Shown: positions 12,198 through 25,860 of the stretch, piece after piece
How the letters are laid out: the number at the start of each line of letters is the position of its first letter
Position numbering within the stretch: position 1 is the first letter of the stretch
Assembly: GCA_951406725.2 (NCBI GenBank)
Contig: OX597843.1
Span: forward strand, 20,150,001 to 20,214,000
Length of the DNA: 64,000 bases
Direction of reading: 5' to 3'
Source of the DNA: Octopus vulgaris
Lineage: Eukaryota
Notes under the pieces: model-generated
Told to the model about the DNA's origin: nothing
The model's database searches: none
What the model saw: the letters and a program-made list of their open reading frames with translations, nothing else
Made by a program: the position numbers and the translations under genes

Positions 12198-14150
12198 TGT
12201 AGCTGGGTCGACCTGTGAAACCCACCGACAAAGCAATTTTCTAGACATACTACTGAATCCCTTGCTGAAATACATCAAGAGTTTCATTAGAGAAAAAGCG
12301 ATTAATGAAGAGGCAATATTGGTTTCCCTCGATGTTATCAATCTTTACACCAACATCCCCCATGACTAAGGAATAAAAGCAATTAAATTCTGGTTGAAAA
12401 AGTACTCGCGAAATGCATCAACCAGATTTTTATAATTGAATCCTAAAAATTTATACTTCATAAAAATTATTTCCTATTTGATGACACATACTATCGTCAG
12501 AAATGCAGAAGTGTGATGGGGACGAAAGAAGCTCCTGTTCTTGCGAACCTAATAATGGGTTATTTTGAATTCACCTTATATGAAGTATCACTTCAGAAAT
12601 ATTGTTACCCATTTTACCACTATATACGAGAAAATTGGAAGAGATACCTAGATGACTTCTTTATCATGTGGTAAGGAGAACAACGACAACTTCTTGGATT
12701 CCAAATCGACACTAAATAAGATAAATAGTAACATTCTATTTACAATGGAATACAACAAAGAATATCTCCCATTTTTAGACATCATGATAAAAAAAGTTAA
12801 CAATGAAATCATAACTGACATTTATTATAAACCAACTGATTCAAAACAATATCTTCTCTTTAACTCATACCACCCGAAACACATCAAAGTAAACATCCCT
12901 TTCAATTTAGCAAAAAGGTTCTGCACGATAGTGTCTGATAGAACAACTCGGGATGTTCGTCTTCAAGACCTCAAAACAATACATATTGAAAGACAATATC
13001 CAGCCTCACTTATCGACGAAAGAATTAAACGTGCCAAACAATTAGACACAAAAACACTGAGAACAACAAAACATAACACCACACCTCAACTCAAAGCATT
13101 ACTATTTATATCAACACACAACCACAGAAACAGTGAGTCATTCACCACTATTGTGCAAACTCTTCCTTTGCTAACTAGAGATCCAAAAATGAACGACATC
13201 CTGAAAACAGAGAAACTCATTAAATGCAAAAGACAAGACAAATCTCTAAAGAGATTGTTAACGAATGCGAAGCTTTACAAAACAACCACGATACCACCGG
13301 TTGAAAAATGTGGGCGCCCAAACTGTGGAACCTGCCCCAACCTGCTTGAAGGCTCGGATTTCCTTTTCAAACAATGACAGAGGTTCACAATCAAGACTAG
13401 TTTCATTTGTGCCTCTGAGAACCTAATTTACGTAATAATATGCTCGGGTTGCGGACACCACTATTTTGGACAAACGAGTATGACCTTTAGAAAGAGAACC
13501 ACTCTACATAAAGAGCAAATCCGTTTCCCCGAATACTGACAAATTCCTCTCAGTGAACATTTAGAAAAATGTGCAGGTAACATCAAACCAAATTTCACAG
13601 TCTTCCCTTTCTACCAGTGCAAACACGCAATCTCTCAACTAGAACGTTTAAATAAAGAAACTTTTTTCATTGAAAATTACAAAACACGTCTTAATATCCA
13701 CGCATAACCAACTTTTATCTTTTTACATATTTCAATTCACGATTACATTACAGTACATAAATCCCCTACTAAAAAAGATTTTTGAAACTTGTGTCTGGCT
13801 ATACACATATATAATCTCCACCCATTACCTAAAGCTGAACTGTTATCTCCCTTACCTACAACAATAACAATAATAACGACAATCAATTACCGCCATTTAT
13901 TTATCTGCTTGTCAAGTAATCCTCTCGTGAATTTCGTCACACACAATATGGAAAAATGTTCTTCTTATAAAAATATACATTCAAATAAGTAAAACATAAT
14001 ATCATGAATAGCGATATCAAAACCGGTTGATATATTAAAAATTATATTCAAACTATGTAAGTGTTCGGATTTTCCTTTTTAATTTCTTATATACATTACA
14101 ACTCACAACGTGGGGATAATCGAAATTCCTTTTTTCTGTTACTTAAACTA
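12198..14150 (+). mobile_element. Penelope-like element (RT + GIY-YIG), 5'-truncated and frameshifted
   Basis: SLDVINLYTNIP, MGTKEAP, WKRYLDD, LPFLDI, YYKPTDSKQYL, CGRPNCGTC linker, NLIYVIICSGCGHHYFGQT endonuclease. Confidence 0.92.
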
Positions 14151-14289
14151 CTAATATAAATATATATTTCTCTCTATATATAAAACTGAGAATGTGTGTC
14201 TGTCTGTCTATCTGTGTGTTTCCCTAAACTTGAGAACTACACAACCAATTTCATTCAAACGTGTGGATAATCGAAATTCTTCTTTTCTA

Positions 14290-14338
<49 letters not shown>

Positions 14339-14351
14339 AACTACTACTGCA

Positions 14352-14403
<52 letters not shown>

Positions 14404-14580
14404 ACCTATTTATATAGGTTATGAGAGGTAATGGTGTGAAGGAGACCCAAATGTGTCAGGTAATGCTGTGTAAGTGCTATGGACAGACTATAGTTAAGCT
14501 CCAGGTTCGGTGATTATGCAAATAAGGAGTCAAATATAGGTCATATATTAACATGCATATATTTATATAAAATTAACAGA

Positions 14581-14843
14581 ATGAAATAAAGATCCAAGGC
14601 TGTGAAAGATTTCAGAACATTTCTAGAGAGAAACCTTTACAGCTGTTTCCGGGATATTTATGTATCTCTTCATCGGAGACGGTGTGAGAAGATGGTTAAG
14701 CAATGGATATTCAAGAATAACTATTGCTTCACCATTCTCTCACACCGTCTTCGATGAAAGAATATATAAAATATCCCTGGAACAGCTGAAAAACCTCTCT
14801 ATAAATGTTCTGAAATCTTTCACAGCCGTGGACTTTTATTTCA

Positions 14844-14844
<1 letters not shown>
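14581..14844. mobile_element. About 264-nt fold-back element with hammerhead-like motifs in both arms
   Basis: About 130-bp inverted arms centred near 14712; minus arm CCGAUGA...GAAA CAGCUG UA, plus arm UCGAUGA...GGAA CAGCUG; second copy at 52301-52566. Confidence 0.7.
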
Positions 14845-14881
<37 letters not shown>

Positions 14882-15199
14882 AACACACACACACCCACAT
14901 TTTCAATTTTTCAAATTTCTCAATCCCAAATTATAGATTGTCCATAAATAGTGGACCTGGATTCCGTAAAGCTATTTTTCTATATGAAATACCCATTTTC
15001 TAGTTTCACGGCACGAGAAACATTTGAATTACCCGATCAACGACAAGTATTACTGGTACTATATATATATATATATGTATATATATTTATACGCGTTAGT
15101 ATCAACATTTCACGGACAAACTCTAAAGCGCGCCAACGCTTGGATGCACACGATTGCATGCACGGTGATGGCGAGCAGTGACCTTCATGAAGCAGTATG

Positions 15200-15900
15200 C
15201 TGAGTAACATCGATGTGTATACTTCACACGATGTGGAATTTGTATTTTTGTGATGACGTGTATGAACAGGACGGGTATGGAAGAAAGAACCAACATGAAA
15301 TTTTACGTAAAAATTGGGAAGTCTGCTATAGAGAGATGGAGCATGCATCGGCAAGCTTCTAGCGATGAGACAATGGGTCGTACATAATATTTCAAGTTCA
15401 CAGGTGCACGAGAGAATGACAACTTAACCAAGAGAATTTTCAATATTTTTTCTACATCGTCAGTATTGTGCATTGAGAATTCGACCACTAAATCCAAACC
15501 AGAGATCAATTGCGACATTTTAAAGCTTTTCAAGGAGGACATTCGAGAAAACTGACTGGGTTTGTGGTGCGCAAAGTATTGGAATTTTCACGACGACAAT
15601 GCACTCTGCCACCACACTCGTGGGTTTCTTGCCAAAAGCAACATGCTATCGCTTCTGTGCATGTCTTTATACCAGATTCAGCACTTGGTGACTTCCAACT
15701 CTTCCCCAAGATAAAAAATACGGTTCACTGATCGTGATCAATGGGAAATTTAACACCGTTGTTGAGATCAAGATGTCCTCAAGAGGCCGGATTCCAAAAG
15801 TGTCAAGAAAGCTGGATCGGGTGTATTCGAAAAGCTTGGCGGTGTATTCCTGCACAAGGTGACTTTACCGAAGGAGATGAAGTTAATATAAGTTAGTTTT
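15200..15900 (+). mobile_element. Decayed mariner transposon remnant
   Basis: KFYVKIGKSAIE (HTH start) and PDSALGDFQLFPKIK (SPDLAPxDF-like); many frameshifts. Confidence 0.65.
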
Positions 15901-16093
15901 ATTAAACATTACTCATCCAGGAACATTACGATGCCACTTTGTATGTATACGATGGGTTTCTTTTAGTTACCTTGAACAACTATACACGAGTTTGTTGTGC
16001 TGTAAACCAGAGTACACGCAGTGGGACTGAATACAGTAGAAAATATTATATCACATTCATGCCAACACCTAATCGTATGTACATATATATATA

Positions 16094-16961
16094 CAGGTTG
16101 CAACACGAAATTGCCACAATTACCTTTTTAATTTCGCGCATGCGCATTCTTTGTTTTTGATTTTGTCGACCACTCAGTTTAGTATGATCAGTTGGGTACC
16201 GTCTGTGAGAAAAACAGCACCATGGCGTAATTCCCTCTGCCAGAAATTTTGGAAACGACATGCTGTACTGCTTGGCATTCGCGACGAAAGATCTAATATG
16301 AACATTCCAGAGTGTTTGGGTGTCAGTCTGAAGAATGTTCAATCCAAGGACATGTACTCCGACTGATAAAAATCAAACATCCAGTCAACATCATGGTGTT
16401 TGGAGTGATCACTAGTGATGGTGACATTATGCTTTCATTCACGGTTTCAGACTGAATACGGGGGCCTCGATGAAGTGCCTGGAGAAGGTAGTGCTTCCGT
16501 GGAGAAAAGGGGTGGCTGATGGAAGATCCTATCTCTGGCAGCAGGAATCTGTACCATGCCATACAACCAGGAGAACCCAGCCATGGCTGTCAGACAAATT
16601 CTGCGACCACATCACCCCTAAAATCACGCCATCTAACTCCCCAGACTGGAACCCCCTTGATTATTATGCGTGGGGCGCAGTTGACTGAGAGGTCAGCAAA
16701 ACCCATTGTAACATCAAAGATAAACTGAGTGCAAGGATTATGGCAGTATTCACGAAATTAAACAAGGTGGCCGTTGAGAGGAGTTGCAGGAGATTCCGAA
16801 GCTGACCGGAAGACGTGGTTGAAATCAATAGCAATTTTATTGAAGACATTTACTTTCAAGATATTTTTCTGTTATTTTGGTAAATATACCTGTTAAAATG
16901 AGATGTCAGTGTCATTTTCATTTTTGCATAATTTAGACGAGGCTATATTTACCGTACCCTG
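16094..16961 (+). mobile_element. Internally deleted maT-type (DD37D) Tc1/mariner transposon
   Basis: TA-flanked CAGG...CCTG ends; VITSDG and WQQE...SPDWNPLDY with 37 residues between the catalytic positions. Confidence 0.8.
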
Positions 16962-16967
16962 TACATA

Positions 16968-17013
<46 letters not shown>

Positions 17014-17199
17014 ATGGGTGTGTATGGGTGTGTGTGTATGTGTGTATTTTGTGTGAGGAGGCATATGGAATGAAAAAACTTAAAGCCAGACAATTTTCTT
17101 TCTGCAATACGATTAAAAACAACCACAAGGCAGAGATCTAGGAACGCTGGCTAAACTCTACACCAATAATTTTGCCTCGTAAAATTCCAATTTAAACGT

Positions 17200-19200
17200 A
17201 TTCCAAAGAAGCCGACAAACGAAGCGTGGTAGTAGTAATGAATAAAGATTACTACAAAAATTTAATACTTTCCATGTTGGAAAATAATACTTACTATTAG
17301 AAGTTAATACAATACAACCCACAGAAAACCTGCCCTCTTTACTCCAAATTCATGGAAAGCGTCTCACTAATCTTGAAATAGTCTTTTTATCCAATTTTAA
17401 ATACAGTCCTAATCTATTCTACGGATTACCCAAAATACATAAAAATCCACACATTTGTGAAGCCTGCAAAGTCTCTACAAGCCTATGCATTAATGTCCCT
17501 CCCCCTACTGACCTCAAACTGAGACCCATCATAGCTGACCCTTCTTGTGAAACCCGCCGTTTGAGCAACTTCCTCGACATCTTACATAAAACGTTTTATA
17601 AAAAATGTGAAAAGCTTTATCAGGGATGACCTAGACATGCTGAACCACCTCCCGAATACATTAAAGGAAGGAACCCTGCTGGAATCTTTCGATGTGGTGA
17701 ATCTGTACACTAATATCCCACATGACTATGGTATAGAAGCAATCACATTCCGGCTAGAAAAATACCCAGAAGAGATCTCAGGACGCATTAACCACAGAAT
17801 CATAATCGAAGCACTCAAATTCATCTTGCTGAACAACTATTGATTTGCAAGTAATGCTTAACAACATATATAGCAATATTCAGTTCACTATGGAACACAA
17901 CAGTAAACGACTCCCTTTTCTTGACATCTTAATTAAAACAGTATCAACCACATAGAAACAGGCATCTTTTATAAACCCACAGATTCTAAACAATACCTAT
18001 TATTTAACTCTTCCTACCCCAAACTCATAAAAAATTAATATATATTTAATCTAGCGAAAAGAATTTGTACCATAGTTTCGGATACATATACTAGTGAACA
18101 AGACTCCTCGAACTTAGATCAACACTAACTAAAAGACATTACCCAATCTCATTAATGAATGATGACATTAAAAGTGCTAAGGAAATAGATATACAAATAT
18201 TAAGGCAAGCCAGCCGAAATACTAAACCAGACCTAAAAATACTCCCGTACATTTCCACACATAACCCTAGAAACAACGAAGCCTTCAATATTATCACCCA
18301 AAATCTTCCCATCCTCACATGAGACAAAACAACGAACGAAATTTTAGGCTCATACAAAATTATAAAAAGCAAAATGCAACTGAAGTTACTATATCCACTA
18401 ACAACAGAGCCAAAAGTGAAAAAATGTGGTCGTCTCAACTGTGGAACATGCCCCCACCTTTTGGACTGTTCAGAATTCCACTTCAAACAAGGTGAAATAT
18501 TTAAGATCAAATCAATTTCCCCTGCGCCTCGGAAAATCTAATCTATGCAATGACATGCTTAGGATGTGGTAACCACTATATTGGGTAAACAGGAATATCA
18601 CTCCGTCGAAGAACCACCATCCACAAAGAGCAAATCCGCCACCCACAATACAGACAGTTACAGCTTAGTGAACACATAGAATCTTAATCCTAATTTCTAA
18701 ATCTTCCCCCTCTATCAATGTTCACAGAACACCTCAATACAACAAAGGTTGAATAAAGACGCAATTTTCATCAATAAATATCTTCCATAACTGAATATAA
18801 ACACATAACTTAATATAGAACACTACTAACCCTTCAATTAACACCACTAACCACTATACATTCCTTACACCATTCACATTTCAATACTATATCTAACCTT
18901 ACTGCACAAAATCCAGAACTACTTACCTCTCTTACAAATAATATTTTTACTCAGGAACTATTAGACCTGACACTGCTCATTAGCCGGTGTTCATTCGAAG
19001 CAATGAATAGCTTACGACGAAAGCATGGTATGCTTTCTGACTCTTTATTCATCTCATAATAATGACTTTTATGACTCTTATTACTACTTCAGTCCATCTA
19101 AACGTATATATATGTCGTTACCTTTCATAAAAAGCTTTTTCTTGTTTTACTTACAATGTGCATTTTCGTTGATTTTTCATATTTTCCCCTTATATTTCGA
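17200..19200 (+). mobile_element. Second Penelope-like element, decayed, with an RT deletion
   Basis: FYGLPKIHK, LRPII, SFDVVNLYTNIP, LPFLDI, CGRLNCGTC and NLIYAMTCLGC; related to 12198-14150. Confidence 0.88.
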
Positions 19201-19256
19201 CTTGTATTTTCTATTTTCTTCTTGTAACGTATTTCTACTATATATGTATGTAGTAG

Positions 19257-19328
<72 letters not shown>

Positions 19329-19391
19329 ACAATTTATGTATAACGTATATCTATATATATTTAACATATATCTATATCTATAAATATATAT

Positions 19392-19777
19392 ATCACAATC
19401 AAGGAACGGCCATAATAGGCCATTCACCCACTAGAAATAACAGCCAAAGCTTCAACCGCAAAACAACATTAATTCCGCAAACCAGGAGAAAATTTTAAAA
19501 AACATTTACCCTGTAAAATTATACAATTTTTTTAATTTTTTAAAATTTAAAAAAAAATTTTTTTTTCATTTTTTAATTTTTTTAATTTTTTTAAATTTTT
19601 TAAAATTAAAAAAATTTTTTTTTAATTTTTTAAATTTTTTTAAAATTTTTTAAAATTAAAAAAAAATTTTTTTTAATTTTCTCCTGGTTTGCGGAATTAA
19701 TGTTGTTTTGCGGTTGAAGCTTTGGCTGTTATTTCTAGTGGGTGAATGGCCTATTATGGCCATTCCTTGATTGTGAT
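19392..19777. repeat. Inverted repeat with about 103-bp arms and an almost pure A/T spacer
   Basis: 19392-19494 is the reverse complement of 19675-19777 with one mismatch seen. Confidence 0.93.
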
Positions 19778-20207
19778 GTTGAACTTATAAATGGTCTATG
19801 ACTATTTAATTTTTTTCCACTAGGCCGCTGGTGGCAAAAAAATTCTACGAAATTTTTTGCCACCCTATATTGATTAATTATAAATGTATATATATATTTT
19901 CAGTAACAACAATTAAGATTCAAGAGAGTTCCAATGAGTTCACATGAATCCGGTACTTAACTTCAAAAGTGTGCATTATTAGAGAACTTTTGAAGTCTGA
20001 TACAATCTGACTTTGCTTTTTATTGAACTCTTTTCGATACTTCATAAGTGTAGCCTCACTCCTAGGATGTTTGGAAAACTCATATGTATTTTGGCTGATG
20101 AATACGGGATACTTGTATTTGCTGCAATATTTGAAGCTTTCAATAAAGCTGTTCTTCGTATGAAACAATTGTACTGAACAACTAATCCATTCTTGTTGCT
20201 TTTTTCT

Positions 20208-20253
<46 letters not shown>

Positions 20254-21169
20254 TTCATACATGCATACATACATACATACATACATACATACTTACATGT
20301 ATACATACATACATATATACATACATATATACATATATACATACAGAAATGCATACGCTATATATACACTATATAAATACGGGTGTATGTGTTTTTTTGT
20401 GTCTCAGACCTGCGAGCCTCTGAAACTTTGCGTCCTCGAGTAAAATGAATTTGATTTTCGAAATTCGATTTCCAAGGTAAACATCGCCCATAAAATATAA
20501 TAAATATCATAATCCTCCACGTGAAGTAACCCAACTTTGAGATCTCAACCTCCCACTCTATATCTTTCACTACCCATATATTTTATATTTGCCATACTAT
20601 TTGGTGCTCTCTCTCACACTCTCTCTCTTTCTCTCTCTCTCTCTCCCTCTCTCTCTCTCTCTATGTGATTTAAAAATCAATCATTGCTGTAATTTTGTTT
20701 AAATTCTCTCCTATTTCTGTTTTCTGATGCAAGTGTTCAAACACAAACAGCTTAGCTTCCAAATCTTGTTTTCTAATGGGGTAAAAATGATAAAACTTCG
20801 AACCTTTGATGTGTTTTCTAAACTTGTTCTCGACTAAATCAATAAATTTCAAGATTTCCACATACTTTTCAAATTTCAAATTATGTGACACAAATCGAAA
20901 AGTTCACGCTCTGCTTATTTCCATCCTTTTCTCATAGTAAACCTTCCCACTCCTTATGAAAGTATACCGCTCACACTAACTGTGTGTCGTGTTCCCAATG
21001 TGTGTCATGTTCCTAACATATATAAACATCTATATACATATCTATCTATCGATCGATGTACCTATATATATATATATATAGGTGTGTGTGTGCGCCATTG
21101 TGTCTGCCTATGTAGATGTTAGAATAAGTTCGTATGTTTGTGTGTAAACCTATGTGCATAAGAATTATA

Positions 21170-21221
<52 letters not shown>

Positions 21222-21899
21222 CATATACATATACGTATATATATGGAATTAAAAGTTCAATTATAATGTCTTCACTTACGTTGTAAATTTATTTTATGCT
21301 ATTTAGAGCTGAAGAGTAGCTCTGTATCATTGGATCGAATAAATATTAATTTTTTAGATTATCGATATTGATAATGTCGATTTAAATATATCGTCACAAA
21401 ACGCGCCTCGTCGATTTAATGTGCATAATTTAGTATAGTATGTCTAACTATATTATTAATAATATATTTATATTTATATTTTATTATAGATAATATCTTT
21501 AATTATTAATTGAATTACTTTATGGCGGGTCTGTCTCTTAATTTTGTATATATATATACATATATACATGCATGCGTATATCTATGCAGACGAGTATATA
21601 TCATATATACACACTCACATACATACAGTCACACATACATATATATAAAGAATATTATCTTCCAATTATTCAAGTGATTAATCAGCAAACATGCTGGCAA
21701 CACTCCTAGAAGGTATTTTATTCGAATATATTCTCCACGGTATTTAAATTTTGAAAGTCTGTTACTTATTATATCGGTTTTTACTAAGGAACAGTTAAGT
21801 TACGTGGACGGAAATTCTCCAGAGACTAATACAAGCACAATGATTGAAGGTCACACACACACACACACACACACGTAACCCATGTATATATGTATATAC

Positions 21900-22050
21900 A
21901 TAAGACAGGCCTCTTTCAGTTTCTGACAACAAAATCGACTCATGACACGAGTATATAGAATAGGACACTTGGTGAAGGCAGCACGTATTAACACTGACCC
22001 CTACTCCACGTGGTTGGAAATCAAGCTTCTTATTACGCAGACACGCCATT
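21900..22050 (-). mobile_element. Degraded tRNA-derived SINE head
   Basis: Diverged match to the SINE at 31195-31352. Confidence 0.55.
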
Positions 22051-22099
22051 GACTTTATACACACATACACTTATATAGATATACATATACATTTATATA

Positions 22100-22132
<33 letters not shown>

Positions 22133-22534
22133 GGGTGTGTGTGTGTGTGTGTGAGTGTGTATGTATGTATTGTACGCTCAAGTGCTCAGACCTGTTTTAT
22201 CCTGCTTTAAACACCTACACATTGGACTTACAACTGCCTGAACTTTCTGCACCTCTCCGATTCTCCATATTTGCACTCTACCCGATTGCCACTGGATATA
22301 CTTATGGAGTTCACGGGACACATCTGTTAATGAAAAATTCCACCAATACACTACAACTTTTAATCCTTTTTGAACTTCTGTGATTTCCTCATTTCCTTTA
22401 CTTTTGAAGATCGTAGGCTCGAAACGTAAAGCCCTTTCTCACTTTTCGGAGTGTCAAACTAATACAAACCTGGTTCATATATCTGTGTTCGTCAGTTGTT
22501 TTTCTGCAAATTTCAACTATGTATATATATGTAT

Positions 22535-22594
<60 letters not shown>

Positions 22595-22823
22595 TTAGTG
22601 TACATTTAAACACAAAAGAGATATCCGTCATAGGATTTCCTGCACGCCAGAAGGAACAGCTAAAATCCAAACCGCTATTAGGGATAATCATCTAAAATTA
22701 TTTGCTAGGCGAAGTCTTCATCAGCAGGTACGTCTATAAGCATGAGGCAATACAACAGGTACAATACATGTATATGAATAATATATATATTATTCATATA
22801 CATGCATTGTACATTTAAACACA

Positions 22824-23530
22824 TTGAACAGGTATACATGGAGGCACAACTTGGTCCTTAAGGTTATCTTCAATGCTATAAAGAACCAAGTTCATCTCAA
22901 CAACACTGAGGAAAAACCGTTGAAAGTACCATCAAGAGATTTCATTACCTTCGTGCGACCAGGTCAGCGGATCCGTTTCAAGAAGATCAAGAAACTTCCG
23001 GCTATTGGGAGGTAACTGCAGGTTTACCTGGGTGCCAGGTTTTCTTTCCCATCCTAGTTTCGAAACTGGTGTGAAAGAAAGAAAGTTGTAAATATAGTCG
23101 AGCTAACGGTTCCTCATGAAAGTAATATGGACGCCGCTCGGGCTCGAAAATTGAACCGTTATGAAAACCTCCTCGAGGAATGTGAAGACGCAGGCTGGAA
23201 AGTGGAACATTTTCCTATCGAAGTCGGATGTAGAGGGTTTGTTGGATACAGCGTGAGACGACTGTTGTTATCGCTAGGCCTAACTCATCGTAAATTCAAT
23301 ACCGCCATGACTGATATCCAATCTACAGTGGAGAAGGCTAGCCACTGGATTTGGTTAACAAGAGACGATGAGATATGGCTAGAAGTATATTGAGTTTAAC
23401 TTCATAACCAGCTGATCTAGCAAGCGGGGCCTCATATCAGTGAGGGGGGCAGGTGCGCATTGATGCCGTCGAGAGGTAGGCCCCGAAACGGCGCGCATAC
23501 TCTCCTAATGACCCATACACTTGCTAGCTT
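22824..23530 (+). mobile_element. 3' fragment of a HERO-like RLE non-LTR retrotransposon
   Basis: RYTWRHNLVL, ELTVPHE, RKLNRY, PIEVGCRGF, EKASHWIW: restriction-like endonuclease C-terminus, followed by 3' UTR. Confidence 0.82.
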
Positions 23531-23849
23531 CCGGTATACGGAGCTTTTAACTGGTAGCACTTGCATGTGCATGTTGTTTGCAAGACATATATATATTCAA
23601 ATAAATTCTCTCTCTCTGATCCACAGATCCAGTTCACAGATCCTTGATGATCCTACTAATGGACAGTAAAGACACACGAAACCTAGAAAAAAACCTCTAT
23701 GAATACATTATGTAAATGTCCCGCCCTGTGATTTTTATTTGTTCCTCAAGATGAAGGAGTTGAAGAGGACTGTAACGGGGGTCCTGGAGACACTCCCTTT
23801 CAGATGAGATTTCAGCTTAGGTTTGTAGATTATTTTTCGAAAGCTGCAC

Positions 23850-24300
23850 CGTGAGATGTTCCACAGTTTAATGTGCCCCTTGGTTATCCATGCGAGATCA
23901 AGAACTGATTTTAGTATAAGTCATTTACGCAATTCGGTAGCTTAATAACACCTACGTTTGATAGGTCCGAAGACGTCACTAGTAATACTGTTGGAAACAT
24001 GGCGGTTCTATCCACTGACATGACAGAGGTTCCTTGGTCAAGCATCATGTCTATGTTACCGTTGGTGAATGCATGAGGTTCAAACTAAGACTAAGCCTGT
24101 CATATTGTATCCTATGGCTTCAACTCTATGCGTAAATTGAATGAAGTATGGGTGCTATGCCTTGCCAAAGTGCAATCCGTGTTTGGTCCAGTGCAATGTT
24201 TTATCCATATTAAGCATACCCAAATCCTAAACCTAAACCTAAATTTAGAGGCTGTTACCCATTCTATCGCGTACAGTATACTCATATACAACAACAAGCT
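23850..24300 (-). mobile_element. Highly decayed CR1/L2-type LINE fragment
   Basis: DLGMLNMDKTLHWTKH resembles the post-RT DLGVxxDxxLxWxxH motif. Confidence 0.45.
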
Positions 24301-25329
24301 ATAGAAGAGTACCTCTCTGTTAAATAATTTTGCTGAATTCAAATGTGGAATCTATTTTTTAGGATTACGTCTAGATTTTAAGATACCCAAACCCTCAATT
24401 TTCACTATTTTCCTGATATTTCAGGGAAATATATTGGGAAATGTAGTACGAATGTCTATTATGGTTTATCGATTATTTTATTAAAGGTCTGGTGTAAAGA
24501 TCGGGTAATGAAATAATGGCCGCAGCGAGCATTAGTCCCAGGGTATTTTAATGTGAATGAACAGACTTTAGTTCAGCCGGAGAAAATCATCCAACATCCA
24601 CTTCTTATCAAGGCAGATTGCAAATAAATACGATACTGGGCTATTGAGCTTCAGCACTAAAGAAAACCATTCAAACACAAATTCATGAAAAAATAGGCAT
24701 GAACAATAATGTAAACTGTCTGTAGAAATTTAGAGATATTTGCTAGCTTTTCAGTAGAAGTTCAAAAAATCCTAGCTTTGAAGGCAATGCAATTTCTATG
24801 TATATTAGTACGTTCTTCATAAGCTGGTTTATTCGAAAACAAAACAAAGACATTCTGTGGATCCAGTATCTTACAATTCCGATGTGATCGTATTAAATTG
24901 ATATCATTTTCGGATTCTGTGTGTCAAAAGACTCCCAGTTCGTCTCCAGTTCTTTCCTTGGCCTGACGATATTTCCAAATTATTGTCTTGAATAAAGTAC
25001 AAATTGTTTATACACTAAGAACGGGGATTTATACTTTCATACCGTTGAACTCTGACAGATTTCATATTTTCTTTCGAATAGGTGTAAAGCAGGCTTGAAA
25101 CCGATTCACAGGATGACAAAATCTAGAGGGAAGGAGAAAAGATGGTATTCTTCAACTGAAGAACGTTTAAGAGAATATGGACTTCACTAAAGGCGCTTAA
25201 AATTAATAGGTGGTGGTTTTGAGCAGAGATGTGGTTTAAGACTACCATTGAAATAGGCCATTAGAGACAGAGAAAGGATACAGCATAGCCGTGGACATGG
25301 TGTTGAAACACGGCCATTTGTGATGTGCT

Positions 25330-25860
25330 GAAGATTAGACAAGTGTCCTTCACAATCTTACTTGTAAACTTACACTTCGCTGAGCATTATTAGCAGTGAA
25401 GATCTTTCTTGGCGCAAGTAGATCCTTTGCATAGCTAGTATGGTATTTTAAAGTCCAATCCTTCTCTTTGCAACCATAACTTCAGACCATTTACAATGCT
25501 CAAGTGAAACACACAATGAAGAAATCTTTCTACATCTGGAACGGTGATACACATCCGGGATTGCATCGAAAGAAGGGTGACGTGGCTAAATTTTACTCTA
25601 TCCCTAACAGACATACTCTAACAGCTATCTCGCAGGCAGGATATCTCTTCTCTTTGTTTTGCCACTGTCACTGTCATGCTACAGATTCTTGTTGGAGTTT
25701 GCTGAGCTCTTGACCCCACCAAGCAGGTACTACCGACTCACTCGTCTATTCCTTTGCTCCTCGATCTTAAACCTCAGTTCATTTTCAGTATTAACCTCTG
25801 TGCTAAACACTTCAACCCCTTCATCATTCCAGTAAATGTTGGCCTAACAGCTTAAACGGA
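25330..25860 (+). mobile_element. Highly decayed CR1/L2-group LINE 3' fragment
   Basis: SEDLSWRK and IYNAQVKHTMKKSFYIWNG resemble LYKAQIRPxMEYxxxIW. Confidence 0.45.

Noticed and set aside
21306-21412. GAG CUGAAGA GU ... AC AAAA CGCG hammerhead-like motif
   Set aside because: GAAA box and cleavage triplet are altered and stem II is very long; too degenerate to call.
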